Positions 28,219 through 38,282 of a stretch of DNA of 64,000 bases are shown here, one piece after another. Under the pieces are notes generated by a model, which made no database searches, was not told where the DNA came from, and saw only the letters and a list, made by a program, of their open reading frames with translations. The DNA lies in the NCBI GenBank assembly GCA_946534345.1, contig CAMNCL010000002.1:97010-161009 (forward strand). Reading direction: 5' to 3'. This stretch comes from an uncultured Bacillales bacterium (GTDB lineage Bacteria; Bacillota_I; Bacilli_A; RF39; UBA660). The first letter of the stretch is position 1. The number at the start of each line of letters is the position of its first letter. A program made the position numbers and the translations under genes.

Positions 28219-28749
28219 TTATTTTCCAAAAGAGCATAGTGAGTTTCCTTTTTCGGAAACATAACAATTCCAATAACTATAACCAACTTCTACATAACCA
28301 TTTTGAAAAGCATTGGCATACATTCCATAAGCACTACAATGAATATTGGTGTCTCTAATTATACAATTATTACTATCAAATGTTCTTAATAAAACTTTTT
28401 TATTATGTTCATAATAGTCGGGATCAGCTCCTTTTAATGAAATCTTATTATTATCTATAATAAATTCAACATAGCTTTCTTTTACAATATCATTTTTTAT
28501 AATATGCTTATAGTACATTTTCTTATTGTTAAATTTTTTTAGAGCAGCATCTCTTGACTTATATTGTTTTATGCTATTTGGAATTTTTTTACCAATTGTA
28601 ATCATCTCATCACAATGATCTCTTTCATCACAATAGTTTATTGTATATATAGTGCCAGTAAAACCTTGATTTTTACTTTTTCTATCATGTACAAATATTA
28701 TTATTAAAATTAATACTATAATCACTATTATGATAATTATTTTCTTCAT
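28219..28749 (-). CDS. Single-TM, Cys-rich exported protein (cassette gene 1)
   Basis: MKKIIIIIVIIVL signal/TM, six Cys; RBS is the last codons of rlmD. Confidence 0.8.
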   Translation of the reverse strand: MKKIIIIIVIIVLILIIIFVHDRKSKNQGFTGTIYTINYCDERDHCDEMITIGKKIPNSIKQYKSRDAALKKFNNKKMYYKHIIKNDIVKESYVEFIIDNNKISLKGADPDYYEHNKKVLLRTFDSNNCIIRDTNIHCSAYGMYANAFQNGYVEVGYSYWNCYVSEKGNSLCSFGK

Positions 28750-28751
28750 TT

Positions 28752-29852
28752 TTACTTCCTTTCTAAAACTGCGACACTCTCGCAATGATATGTCCTAGGA
28801 AACATGTTAACTGGAGTTATATTTAGTATATTATAGTTATTACTTAAATCTTTTAAGTCTCTTGAGAGAGTTGCTGGATCACATGATACGTATATTATTC
28901 TCTCTGAATTTATTTCATTTAAATATTTCTTTGTTTTATTATCTAGTCCTGCTCTTGGAGGATCTACAATAACTAGATCAATATTTTTAAATGTATCTAT
29001 TTTATTTTCTACTTTATCACAGATAAAACTTATATTAGTAATACTATTTAATATCATATTTTTATTCGCATCATTAATATTAGATTCACTATAATCTATT
29101 CCTATTATTTCATTTACTAAATCACTAATGTATATTCCAATCGTTCCTGTACCGCAATATAAGTCTAAACACTTATTATATTTTTTATCTATATTATTTC
29201 TTATTAAATCATATAAATTCTTAGTAAGATATTTATTTACTTGAAAGAAAGAGTCTCTAGATACATAATACTTTTTATCTCCAATACTAGTAATAATAGA
29301 AGAATCATCATTCATTAGTATTTCTTTACCATCATTACTAGTTCTAATTACTATGTCTTTTTGAGAATATTTAATATTCTTTATATTATCATTAATTAGA
29401 TTATCTAATAATAAACAATTATCAATAGAAATAATATTTTTAGTACCTTTTTCATAATAACCTATTTTATTCTTTGAAGAATGAAATGTAACTTTATTAC
29501 GATAATTCTTCTCAGGTCCATATAGAGTATCATTTACTTTTACATTTAATTTACCAATATGATTAATTAACTCTTGTACTTTTTCTCTTTTAAATTCATT
29601 TTCTTTCTGATAACTTAAGTGTCTTAAATTACAACCACCACATATATCATAATATGAACAATCTACTTTTACTCTATCAGGACTAGACTCAATAACATTA
29701 ATTACTCTTGCTTCAAGATATTTACTTTTTTCTTTTGTTATTTCTATTTCAACTACTTCTCCTGGTAAAGCATTATCTACAAAACATATTTTATTATTTA
29801 TATATGTAATACCTCTTCCAAAATTATCTAATTTATCTATTTTTACTTGCAT
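28752..29852 (-). CDS. rlmD: 23S rRNA (uracil-5)-methyltransferase, RlmD/RumA (TrmA family)
   Basis: TRAM domain, C..Y..CGGC, SFFQVN, DLYCGTG, DPPRAG, YVSCDPATLSRD, NMFPRTYHCES. Confidence 0.93.
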   Translation of the reverse strand: MQVKIDKLDNFGRGITYINNKICFVDNALPGEVVEIEITKEKSKYLEARVINVIESSPDRVKVDCSYYDICGGCNLRHLSYQKENEFKREKVQELINHIGKLNVKVNDTLYGPEKNYRNKVTFHSSKNKIGYYEKGTKNIISIDNCLLLDNLINDNIKNIKYSQKDIVIRTSNDGKEILMNDDSSIITSIGDKKYYVSRDSFFQVNKYLTKNLYDLIRNNIDKKYNKCLDLYCGTGTIGIYISDLVNEIIGIDYSESNINDANKNMILNSITNISFICDKVENKIDTFKNIDLVIVDPPRAGLDNKTKKYLNEINSERIIYVSCDPATLSRDLKDLSNNYNILNITPVNMFPRTYHCESVAVLERK

Positions 29853-29856
29853 AATA

Positions 29857-30741
29857 TCACCCATTTGTATCTGTTTTTATAGTCTCAAACATTATGTTTT
29901 CTCCGTCTGAAGTTAATAATATTGTACCATCTAAATCAGTTCTATATATCTTGGTATTTAAATAATTAAGTTTCTTTAATGTAATATCATGTGGATGCCC
30001 ATACTCGTTATCTTTTCCTACTGATATAATACCATATAGTGGTTTAGTTTTCTCAAGGAACTGAGCAGATGATGCATCACTAGAACCATGATGTCCTAGT
30101 TTTAAGACATCACATTTTAGATCTTTATCTAGTATTTTTAATTCTACATTTTTAGTTGCATCCCCAGTAAATATAAATGAAGTGTTTTTATAATTTAACT
30201 TTAAAACAATAGAGTCATCATTAATCTCTTCTTCACTATTACTAATCCATAGTACATTAAACATAGAATCATTCATTGTGAATGTACTATCTATTTCTGG
30301 TACTTCTATAGTCATATTCTTGGATTTTACTAAATCAACTATTTCTGTATATGTCTTATAATCAGTTTGTACATCTGGCATATAAATGTGTTCTACATCA
30401 AAGTTTCTAATTATATCATCCATACCACCTATATGATCTTCATGAGGATGAGTACATATTATATACTTAAATCTAGTAATACCAAGTTCTTTAAAATAAT
30501 TTACTAATTTAGGTCCATCTTCATTATTACCAGTATCAATTAAACTAAATTGTTCTTTATCTTTCACAAGAATTGAATCTGCCTCTCCTACATCAATAAA
30601 ATATATCTTAAAACTAGTAGTATCAACCAACTTATTATCTTTACGATATTCTGTAGTTTCACTAAAGAAATCACTGTTATAAGCTAAATAAACAGCTATA
30701 CCAATTAATATTAAAAATAATATGTCTTTTACTTTCTGCAT
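29857..30741 (-). CDS. ComEC/Rec2-type metallo-beta-lactamase-fold protein
   Basis: FIDVGEADS, THPHEDHIGG, LKLGHHGS, SVGKDNEYGHPH, RTDLDG. Confidence 0.9.
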   Translation of the reverse strand: MQKVKDILFLILIGIAVYLAYNSDFFSETTEYRKDNKLVDTTSFKIYFIDVGEADSILVKDKEQFSLIDTGNNEDGPKLVNYFKELGITRFKYIICTHPHEDHIGGMDDIIRNFDVEHIYMPDVQTDYKTYTEIVDLVKSKNMTIEVPEIDSTFTMNDSMFNVLWISNSEEEINDDSIVLKLNYKNTSFIFTGDATKNVELKILDKDLKCDVLKLGHHGSSDASSAQFLEKTKPLYGIISVGKDNEYGHPHDITLKKLNYLNTKIYRTDLDGTILLTSDGENIMFETIKTDTNG

Positions 30742-30801
30742 TTTATTTTCTCCTTAAATTTAGAATAACATATTTTTAAAGAAAAATAAAAGACCTATAT
30801 C

Positions 30802-31509
30802 TTATAGGTCCCATTCAAATTCTAAATGATCTTTATCTACAAATCCAGATCTAGTTTCACAATTAAATTCTTTCTTTAATACTTCTTCTAACTCTTTCAT
30901 TGCTTCATTTACTTTATCATCATTAAATCCTTTAAATCCATCAATTGGGAAGAATACATAACTAGTATCTTTATCAATCATACCTTCTCTACTTTGTCTC
31001 CAAGCCCAACGTCTTGTTCTTACTTTGTTATCTACTACATATACTAATTCTTCAGGTTCTAGTTTTTCAACTGTATCAGTACCCATTGGAACGAATGTAT
31101 CTTCATCTACTGCAAATCTTAATTCAATATCGTTATTACTTAGTCCTAGATTATGAGTTCCCATAGGTAGAGTATATTTTAAAGAAATAGCATTGTTTAA
31201 ATTAACTAATGGATTAATATGTGGAACGTCTCTTCCTTTAGAAATACTATTTACCATTGCTTCTACTGAACATTGAAATTTATTAGGATTAATTCCTACT
31301 TTTTGGAATCCTTCACGATATGGTATAACTCTAGGATCTTCTTTTGCTTTTACTCCTTCAAATTCTTTCTTTGCATTTGCCATAGATTCTTCTAACATTT
31401 TATCAATTTCTTTATATTCTTTAGAATTATCTACTCCTTTAGCAACAACAACCCCAATATATAAATCTTCTATTTTATCAAATACTTCTTTTTGAACTAT
31501 AAATTTCAT
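30802..31509 (-). CDS. Stand-alone B3/B4 (PheT-like) tRNA-editing domain protein
   Basis: YREGFQKVGINPNKFQCSVEAM, INPLVNLNNAISL, RRWAWRQ. Confidence 0.85.
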   Translation of the reverse strand: MKFIVQKEVFDKIEDLYIGVVVAKGVDNSKEYKEIDKMLEESMANAKKEFEGVKAKEDPRVIPYREGFQKVGINPNKFQCSVEAMVNSISKGRDVPHINPLVNLNNAISLKYTLPMGTHNLGLSNNDIELRFAVDEDTFVPMGTDTVEKLEPEELVYVVDNKVRTRRWAWRQSREGMIDKDTSYVFFPIDGFKGFNDDKVNEAMKELEEVLKKEFNCETRSGFVDKDHLEFEWDL

Positions 31510-31517
31510 AATACCTC

Positions 31518-32657
31518 CTATATTTTTTTAGCAATATTTAAATTACTAAATGTTTTACTTGTTATCTTAAACATATTAGTTAATAAATCTTTTACTTCAT
31601 CTTTTTTTACTTCATTAAAACACTTTATTATTAACATAATAAACTCTGTTAATAATTTTTTAGAACTATTACTCATATCTTTAGATGAAGCAATCAAATT
31701 CAATATGTTTCTTTTCTTAGTTTTAATATCCATAATACTAGTAATACCAGCTTCTCTAAATACATAATCTAAATTATTAATAAAGCTCTTTTTATCTTCT
31801 AAATTATATTTTGCAAACCACTTCTTAATAGCAACATCTAACTCTTTTGAAAACTTAGATAACTTTCCTTTTACAAAATGATTATCTTCTATTTCCCAAT
31901 AAACTATATTATGAGCAAGTATTCCTTTATTAGTAGAACTTACCACATGATCATTAGAATGATTTAAAAACAATCCTACGAGTGAATAATTAGGCATAAT
32001 ATGCTTATATTTCTTTTTAATGCTTTGATATCTAAGAGATTTGAATTCTTTATCCAATAATCCAGGTCCATCTGCATTAATAATTTCAGTAATTTTACGT
32101 CTTATCCCAGGTCTAGCATACATACCTGCGACTAATGCTAGATTACCACCTTTAGAATGACCACCTAATATTAATTTCTTATTACTAAAAGAAAAATGTT
32201 TATTTAAATATTTAATAGCCATCTTATGAGATATTGTAGGAAATTGATATCCTAAGATAAAATCTTCTTTCCAACCACTAAATAATGAATCAGTACCTTC
32301 AAAAGATACAAATACTTTAAATGGTTCATACTCTATAGATACTACTCCAAATTGTACTTTAGTATTTCCTACATATTCATAATTATATAGTAAACAATCT
32401 TTATATCTTCTAACATTATGAATATATTTTAAAAGCTTATTTCCTTCTTTAACAGCAATAATATTAATATCTTTACCAGGATGTAATTGTAAATACTGTT
32501 TACCAGCTTCATAAATAGTTAAAACTACATCATCCTCAAATACTTTCTCTAAGTTAGCATACGATAAAAAGGAAAATATTACTTTATCTACTTCATTAAT
32601 TTTCTTTTCTTCAAATGTATATTTACCATATTCATCTATATATTTATAAACATCCAT
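31518..32657 (-). CDS. DUF2974 (Mbeg1-like) alpha/beta hydrolase
   Basis: VSFEGTD...GWKEDF, GGHSKGGNLA, DGPG. Confidence 0.88.
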   Translation of the reverse strand: MDVYKYIDEYGKYTFEEKKINEVDKVIFSFLSYANLEKVFEDDVVLTIYEAGKQYLQLHPGKDINIIAVKEGNKLLKYIHNVRRYKDCLLYNYEYVGNTKVQFGVVSIEYEPFKVFVSFEGTDSLFSGWKEDFILGYQFPTISHKMAIKYLNKHFSFSNKKLILGGHSKGGNLALVAGMYARPGIRRKITEIINADGPGLLDKEFKSLRYQSIKKKYKHIMPNYSLVGLFLNHSNDHVVSSTNKGILAHNIVYWEIEDNHFVKGKLSKFSKELDVAIKKWFAKYNLEDKKSFINNLDYVFREAGITSIMDIKTKKRNILNLIASSKDMSNSSKKLLTEFIMLIIKCFNEVKKDEVKDLLTNMFKITSKTFSNLNIAKKI

Positions 32658-32672
32658 AAAATCACCACGCAT

Positions 32673-33575
32673 TTATTTGTTTATATATTTTACAGCCTCC
32701 GTAGCAGCTATTGCTCCATCAGATGTAGCTGTTACTAGTTGACGTAATTCTTTTACTCGATTATCTCCAGCCACAAATATACCTTCTCTATTAGTATGAC
32801 AATCTTCTCCAGCAATAATATATCCAGACTCATCTAAATTTATTATTTCTTTGAAATTTTCATTTTCAGGTACTTTACCAATAGCTACAAACAATCCAGA
32901 TACACTTAATTCTTTAGTAGATCCATCTTTATTAGTAACTTCAACTCCTTCTAATTTATCATTACTAATAAGTTTAGTTACATTGCTATTATAGACAAAT
33001 TCTACATTATCTTTTTCTTTTAGTTTTTCTACAATAGTAGGATCCCCTCTAAACTCATCTCTTCTATGTATTAAATATACTTTATTTACTAAATCAGTTA
33101 AATATAACGTATCTTCTAATGCTGTATTTCCTCCACCTACTACCGCAACATCTTTTCCTTTAAAGAAATTACCATCACAAGTAGCACAATAAGAAATACC
33201 TTTTCCAATTAATTTATCTTCATTTTCTAAACCTAGTTTTCTATTATCTGCTCCTGTTGCGATAATAATAGTTTTAGTCTCATATTCACCTTTAGAAGTA
33301 ACTACTTTTTTAATATCATCATTATCTATAATATTAGTTACTTTTTCAAACTTTATTTCAGTCCCTAACTCTTTAGCTTGATTATATAGATTAGTAGCAA
33401 AATCAAAACCAGATATATGAGCAGCTGCCGGATAGTTTTCAATATCTAAAGTATTAATAATTTGACCCCCATAGCTTAATGCTTCTAATACTAAAACTTT
33501 TTTAAGAGCTCTTTTACCATATATAGCTGCGGTTAAACCAGCGGGTCCTGCACCAATAATTATAATATCATACAT
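32673..33575 (-). CDS. trxB: Thioredoxin reductase
   Basis: GAGPAGLTAAIY, SYCATCDG, VGGGNTA, IHRR, AGD. Confidence 0.96.
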   Translation of the reverse strand: MYDIIIIGAGPAGLTAAIYGKRALKKVLVLEALSYGGQIINTLDIENYPAAAHISGFDFATNLYNQAKELGTEIKFEKVTNIIDNDDIKKVVTSKGEYETKTIIIATGADNRKLGLENEDKLIGKGISYCATCDGNFFKGKDVAVVGGGNTALEDTLYLTDLVNKVYLIHRRDEFRGDPTIVEKLKEKDNVEFVYNSNVTKLISNDKLEGVEVTNKDGSTKELSVSGLFVAIGKVPENENFKEIINLDESGYIIAGEDCHTNREGIFVAGDNRVKELRQLVTATSDGAIAATEAVKYINK

Positions 33576-33576
33576 A

Positions 33577-33888
33577 TTATTCACCTATAAAACTCTCTAA
33601 TTGTTCTTTAGCTATTAAACCAACATTTCTATTAACTTCTTTACCATCTTTTATTAATACTAAACAAGGGATTGAACTAACTTCATATTTGTCAGCTAAC
33701 TCATCTTCATCATCTATATTAATTGATACAACTTTTACTTTATCATTTGAAGATGCAACTTCATCTAATATTGGTCTTAACATACGACAAGGTCCACACC
33801 AATCAGCATTAAAATCTATTAATACTGGAGTAGAACTCTTCATAACTTCCTCATCAAAAGTATCTTTTGTAACTGTTATAACTTCCAT
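33577..33888 (-). CDS. trxA: Thioredoxin
   Basis: WCGPC active site, SSIP. Confidence 0.96.
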   Translation of the reverse strand: MEVITVTKDTFDEEVMKSSTPVLIDFNADWCGPCRMLRPILDEVASSNDKVKVVSINIDDEDELADKYEVSSIPCLVLIKDGKEVNRNVGLIAKEQLESFIGE

Positions 33889-33947
33889 AGTAACCTCCTA
33901 TAGTAATTTTAATATATCCTCTTCCATATAATTTCATAGAAATCTCC

Positions 33948-35186
33948 TTACTTCAAATCTATTACTCTTATTATAGCAATATTTTTGTTTTTCTTTTTCA
34001 TACTGTGTACATGCTTATGATTACGTGGCCCTGTAAAACCACTACCTGTCTCATAAGCAGTATATGTCTTTTTATTATAATCAACTTCTCCCACAAATGA
34101 TACGTGATACCAATTATTCCATGTATTAACATTATGTGGATCAATTTCACTTTCAAACCATTCAATAATATCTCCTGGTTTAATTTCTTCATAATTAGTT
34201 ATTATCTTATTAGTCTTTGCAGAACCTAATTTTCTAAAACTTGCGGAATGATTTACTGCAGTTCTTCCTGTTCCAAAAATTCCTGCTTTATAGTAAACCA
34301 TATCAGTAGTCCAATTACAACAAGTTGTCATATTTATTTCATTTTTCCCTGATATTAAATTATCAAAATGTTTTGCATCAGATAAGCCATCTTCAGTATG
34401 CATCATTTGATCAGGATAGAATGCATCAGATGTTCCTGCTCTAGGTAGTGTGCCCTTTTCTCTAAATGTTTTCATAGGTTGGCAACCTCCACCCCATTTA
34501 CAATATTTACCATTATCACCATTATAATAATCAAATCCATACATTGTCATCATACCTAATACATATTCAGCTACTTGTTGGAATTCATAGACAGTAGTTA
34601 CCTTTGGTTGTTTACCATAGTATTTAGCAAAATAACCACCTAAGCTTTTCATATATTTATCAAAACCACCATATGATGCAATAACACTATCAAAATTATA
34701 ATAGTTTAATTCATTCATATGTCTTTCAACAATATGTATTGTATCACATGAAAATTGACCTTTAATATGCTTACTCTTACAACTAAAATCTAATTGTTTA
34801 AAAGTACCTTCTTCATAATCATCTGGCTTAACAGTAACAGGAGTATTTTCTTGTTCATTAATTATAATGTATTTAGCATATAATTCAGGTTTAGTAGCAT
34901 TCTTATAACACTTAGTAAATTCAGTATTATTTCCAACCATACCCATAACTAAAGTTATAAAAAATGGTATTAGAAATATTATTATCAATGCTTTAACTGA
35001 ATTCTCTACTTTCTTTAATAACTTTTTATTATCTGGATTGCTCATTAATTGAATAAACAAGAAAGTTATTCCTATAATAGCTAATATAGGTGCTACAATC
35101 ATAATGATATTCAATACATTCTTAGTGATGTATAGAATTGTATTTAATTCAGCTTTTGAACATAAGTTTTGATTAACCAATATCAT
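33948..35186 (-). CDS. Two-TM pilin-like domain fused to an NlpC/P60/CHAP-like domain
   Basis: MILV..C-TM-NPD-TM-C N-terminus; TTCC...PGDII...WYHVSFV...YETGS; start moved to MILV after GGAG. Confidence 0.6.
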   Translation of the reverse strand: MILVNQNLCSKAELNTILYITKNVLNIIMIVAPILAIIGITFLFIQLMSNPDNKKLLKKVENSVKALIIIFLIPFFITLVMGMVGNNTEFTKCYKNATKPELYAKYIIINEQENTPVTVKPDDYEEGTFKQLDFSCKSKHIKGQFSCDTIHIVERHMNELNYYNFDSVIASYGGFDKYMKSLGGYFAKYYGKQPKVTTVYEFQQVAEYVLGMMTMYGFDYYNGDNGKYCKWGGGCQPMKTFREKGTLPRAGTSDAFYPDQMMHTEDGLSDAKHFDNLISGKNEINMTTCCNWTTDMVYYKAGIFGTGRTAVNHSASFRKLGSAKTNKIITNYEEIKPGDIIEWFESEIDPHNVNTWNNWYHVSFVGEVDYNKKTYTAYETGSGFTGPRNHKHVHSMKKKNKNIAIIRVIDLK

Positions 35187-35264
35187 AACAATCCCACTCC
35201 ATCCTATAGAATATTCTAGCATATTTTTATCAAAAAGCACATAAAAAAAACATACAAAGTATGT

Positions 35265-35801
35265 TTATAATTCTATAATTGTTGGTTCATGGTTTACATT
35301 TGGCAAGAACACATTTAATAAATCACTAGTTTTAATTTTAATATGTCTTGTGTTTTCTCCAGTATTACATGCAAAGAATTCACTATCAGCAACTTCTTTA
35401 TCAATAGCAACTTTTACAATATTATCTTTATCATTAATAACACTCATAATAGTTGCACTTCCAGGAACAACACCTAATATTTCTTGCATATCTTCAGCTT
35501 TCGCAAAAGACACTCTAGAACAACCCATTTTATCTCTAAATAACTTAGAATCAAATCTTTTTTCTGCAGGTAAGACTACTAAATAGAATTGTGTCTTCTT
35601 TTCATTACATACAATAATTGTTTTTCTAATTTCAGCACCTAGTTTATTACTAATCTCAACACATTCTTCCATAGCTTCTACAGTATCATTATCTACTCTA
35701 TCAAACTGAATATTTAATTCATTTAATTTTGTATAAACATTTTCTTCTAAATCACTACTATAACTAGTAGGCATTTCATTTGTAATATCACTTATATACA
35801 T
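35265..35801 (-). CDS. YbaK/ProX prolyl-tRNA editing protein
   Basis: KTIIVCNEKKTQFYLV, SRVSFA, LGVVPGSATI, NT.HIKIKTSDL. Confidence 0.88.
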   Translation of the reverse strand: MYISDITNEMPTSYSSDLEENVYTKLNELNIQFDRVDNDTVEAMEECVEISNKLGAEIRKTIIVCNEKKTQFYLVVLPAEKRFDSKLFRDKMGCSRVSFAKAEDMQEILGVVPGSATIMSVINDKDNIVKVAIDKEVADSEFFACNTGENTRHIKIKTSDLLNVFLPNVNHEPTIIEL

Positions 35802-35864
35802 AAATACCTCCACATTTTTATTTAGTCTATCATAAAATAATAAAAAAAAACAACTAAATGTTGT

Positions 35865-37424
35865 TTATTTATTTTTAATACAAAAAGTAGTTAATACTAA
35901 GACAGGTAAAGAATATAGATAAGAACTCATATATCTTAATGCATACGATATTGGAGCAGATATAAGTAAAGTTAAATATACTCCAATAATAGGAATAGAT
36001 AAAATAAGTATTTTCTTATTCTTTTTTAGAAGTGCAAATACATTTATAAAAAGTAATATGAATAAAAGTATTCCATTAGAAAAATAAACTGTAGTTTTTT
36101 CATAATACTTTATTAATTTATCATTAATAACATTTGGTAAAATATTAGTATTCTGCAACTCTTTAAATCTAGACTTAGTTTTATCAATTTCTCCAAAATC
36201 AATATTTAAAAATCTACTTTGAAGTGGATTAAACTTATCAATTGACCACAAATTATAAGTAGCTAATAAATAGCTTTTTATATAATTGCTGAAATTCTTA
36301 TGAGATATACTAAACCAGACTTTAATAAACTCAATCTTTGTTTCATTTAAATATCTTCTATTGAAAGAAGGATCCCATTTTATAGTATCTACATTAAAAG
36401 GATTATACTTTTCTTTCATTAAATCTAAACTCATTAACTTATTTAAGTATTTTTTATCTTTTGTACTAATACTTTGTTCATTATATTTAACTGAATAAGC
36501 TAATTGTTGAAGAGGAATTCCAACTTTTTCTTGAAATAAAGACTCTTCTTTTATAAATAATCCTGGCACTATACTTAATATAATAACAGTGAAAAGTATT
36601 AAGCCTAGTTTTTTATAATATTTTCTAAATACTATCATCAAACATATTATAGTGAAAACAACAACATATAGTCCGTTATTTCTGAGTAATACAGTTATGA
36701 TAAATAAACTACCTAGTTTTAATAAATAAGTTGTATTATTTAACTCTTTACCATTAGTATTAATCAATGTATAAAGTAATGGAATATATAATAAAAATAC
36801 AATTCCAAATAATGAATCTTTTATAAGTGCTACATTATAATTAGAAATAATTGGAAACAAAGAAAAATATATAATCAGTAAAATTACAGAAAACTTATTT
36901 TTAATAGTTTCATTAAACCAAATAATAATATAAGTAATTATCAAACTACATATAAGTAATTGACAAATACTAGTACAAAAATAACTAATATTTGCACTAT
37001 TAAATATGAGATTAAAAAATCGATATGTATAACTTAATAGTAAATTATATATCAGTGGATGTTGAGTTGATGAAACTACAGGATCTTGAATAATGTATAA
37101 GGTATCATTAAAACCAACACCTGGATAATGTACTATTAAAAATAGAATTCCCGATAAAAAAACACTCAAAAAACATATAATAAATAAAGACTGGTTTTTA
37201 AATATATTTTTTTTAATCTTTATTTTTTCTAATAAATATATAAAAAATTTTATTACTAAAAATGATAATACACTAAAAACAATCCAATATAATAGTATTT
37301 TAATAATACTAAAATTATAATTAAAATTATTCTTAGTCAAAAGATAAGACAAACTAAGAGATAATCCCAATAATCCAGAAAACAAAACAACTAAAATATA
37401 TTTACTATTCTTATATTTAGTCAT
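35865..37424 (-). CDS. Polytopic membrane protein, DUF6020-like (GT-C type)
   Basis: YPG...DT..I.Q, HPLIY, IKDSLF, LRNNG, SYALRY; about 12 TM. Confidence 0.7.
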   Translation of the reverse strand: MTKYKNSKYILVVLFSGLLGLSLSLSYLLTKNNFNYNFSIIKILLYWIVFSVLSFLVIKFFIYLLEKIKIKKNIFKNQSLFIICFLSVFLSGILFLIVHYPGVGFNDTLYIIQDPVVSSTQHPLIYNLLLSYTYRFFNLIFNSANISYFCTSICQLLICSLIITYIIIWFNETIKNKFSVILLIIYFSLFPIISNYNVALIKDSLFGIVFLLYIPLLYTLINTNGKELNNTTYLLKLGSLFIITVLLRNNGLYVVVFTIICLMIVFRKYYKKLGLILFTVIILSIVPGLFIKEESLFQEKVGIPLQQLAYSVKYNEQSISTKDKKYLNKLMSLDLMKEKYNPFNVDTIKWDPSFNRRYLNETKIEFIKVWFSISHKNFSNYIKSYLLATYNLWSIDKFNPLQSRFLNIDFGEIDKTKSRFKELQNTNILPNVINDKLIKYYEKTTVYFSNGILLFILLFINVFALLKKNKKILILSIPIIGVYLTLLISAPISYALRYMSSYLYSLPVLVLTTFCIKNK

Positions 37425-37520
37425 ATTATCACCTGAGTAAATTATAAAATCAAATTATAAACCTGTCAATGTGAGCAAAAGAACAAAAAAAAACAATCTC
37501 TAAGATTGTTTAATTCTAAA

Positions 37521-37604
37521 TGGTGCGAGTAACAGGAGTTGAACCTGCACGTCTGGGACACTAGATCCTAAGTCTAGCGCGTCTGCCAATTCCGCCATAC
37601 TCGC
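37521..37604 (-). tRNA. tRNA-Leu (anticodon TAG), CCA encoded
   Basis: GCGAGTATGGCGGAATTGGCAGACGCGCTAGACTTAGGATCTAG...GGTTCAACTCCTGTTACTCGCACCA, long variable arm. Confidence 0.97.
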
Positions 37605-37610
37605 ATGAAA

Positions 37611-37687
37611 TGGTGGACCCTATAGGACTCGAACCTATGACCGCCCGGTTATGAGCCGGATGCTCTAACCAACTGAGCTAAGGGTCC
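37611..37687 (-). tRNA. tRNA with CAT anticodon, most likely tRNA-Ile2 (lysidine)
   Basis: GGACCCTTAGCTCAGTTGGTTAGAGCATCCGGCTCATAACCGGG...GGGTCCACCA; G1-C72 and GGACC acceptor as in Bacillus tRNA-Ile2; not an initiator. Confidence 0.9.
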
Positions 37688-37695
37688 GTGCTATT

Positions 37696-37726
37696 TAATA
37701 ATAGCATAAATAATTGTTTCTTGCAA
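37696..37726 (-). promoter_or_regulatory. Sigma-A promoter of the tRNA pair
   Basis: TTGCAA-17-TATTAT with extended TG. Confidence 0.7.
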
Positions 37727-37755
37727 CCTAAATATTAAAAAAATAGAGAATATCT

Positions 37756-38175
37756 CTATTTATTTAACATATTTAATAAATTGATTTTAAACATATCTTT
37801 TTCTGGATTAGTTTTAGAAATCATAACACCTTTATATGTAGATAATTCAGCTCTATGTCCTTCATCTAATATACCTTCTGGTGTAATATTAGTTAAAAGA
37901 ATAATATTCTTTTCAGTATAAACTGTATAATGTAATACAATTGGCCCATGAACTTTTTTAAATAATTCATCAGTAGGTAATTGTAATTCATAACTTACAG
38001 TTTTATCTTTATCGTTTCTATTAACTTCTTCACCCAAGAATTTACCACTACGTAATTCTGGATAGTATGAGAATGTTAATTTCTTGTAAGCTAACATATT
38101 ATACTTTCTTACTGATCTTTCTTTTTTTCTAAAATCATTTTCATCAAGATACTCAAATATATAACCGTTTTTCAT
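37756..38175 (-). CDS. Hypothetical protein
   Basis: 139 aa, GGGGG RBS, own consensus promoter. Confidence 0.75.
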   Translation of the reverse strand: MKNGYIFEYLDENDFRKKERSVRKYNMLAYKKLTFSYYPELRSGKFLGEEVNRNDKDKTVSYELQLPTDELFKKVHGPIVLHYTVYTEKNIILLTNITPEGILDEGHRAELSTYKGVMISKTNPEKDMFKINLLNMLNK

Positions 38176-38210
38176 ATATATTCAACCCCCTATAAGTTTG
38201 AATCCCCACT

Positions 38211-38259
38211 GTACCTTCAATGTGTATACATTATACCACAAATGTCGTTTTTTGTCAAA
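38211..38259 (-). promoter_or_regulatory. Consensus sigma-A promoter block, copy 1
   Basis: TTGACA(38253-58)-17-TG-TATAAT(38230-35); 44/49 identical to 38575-38623. Confidence 0.85.
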
Positions 38260-38282
38260 TATAATCTTCTTAGATAAATGCT

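Noticed and set aside
30802-37687. Translation-quality-control island (B3/4, ProX, tRNA-Ile2, rlmD)
   Set aside because: The genes are interspersed with unrelated ones and have separate promoters; nothing links them.
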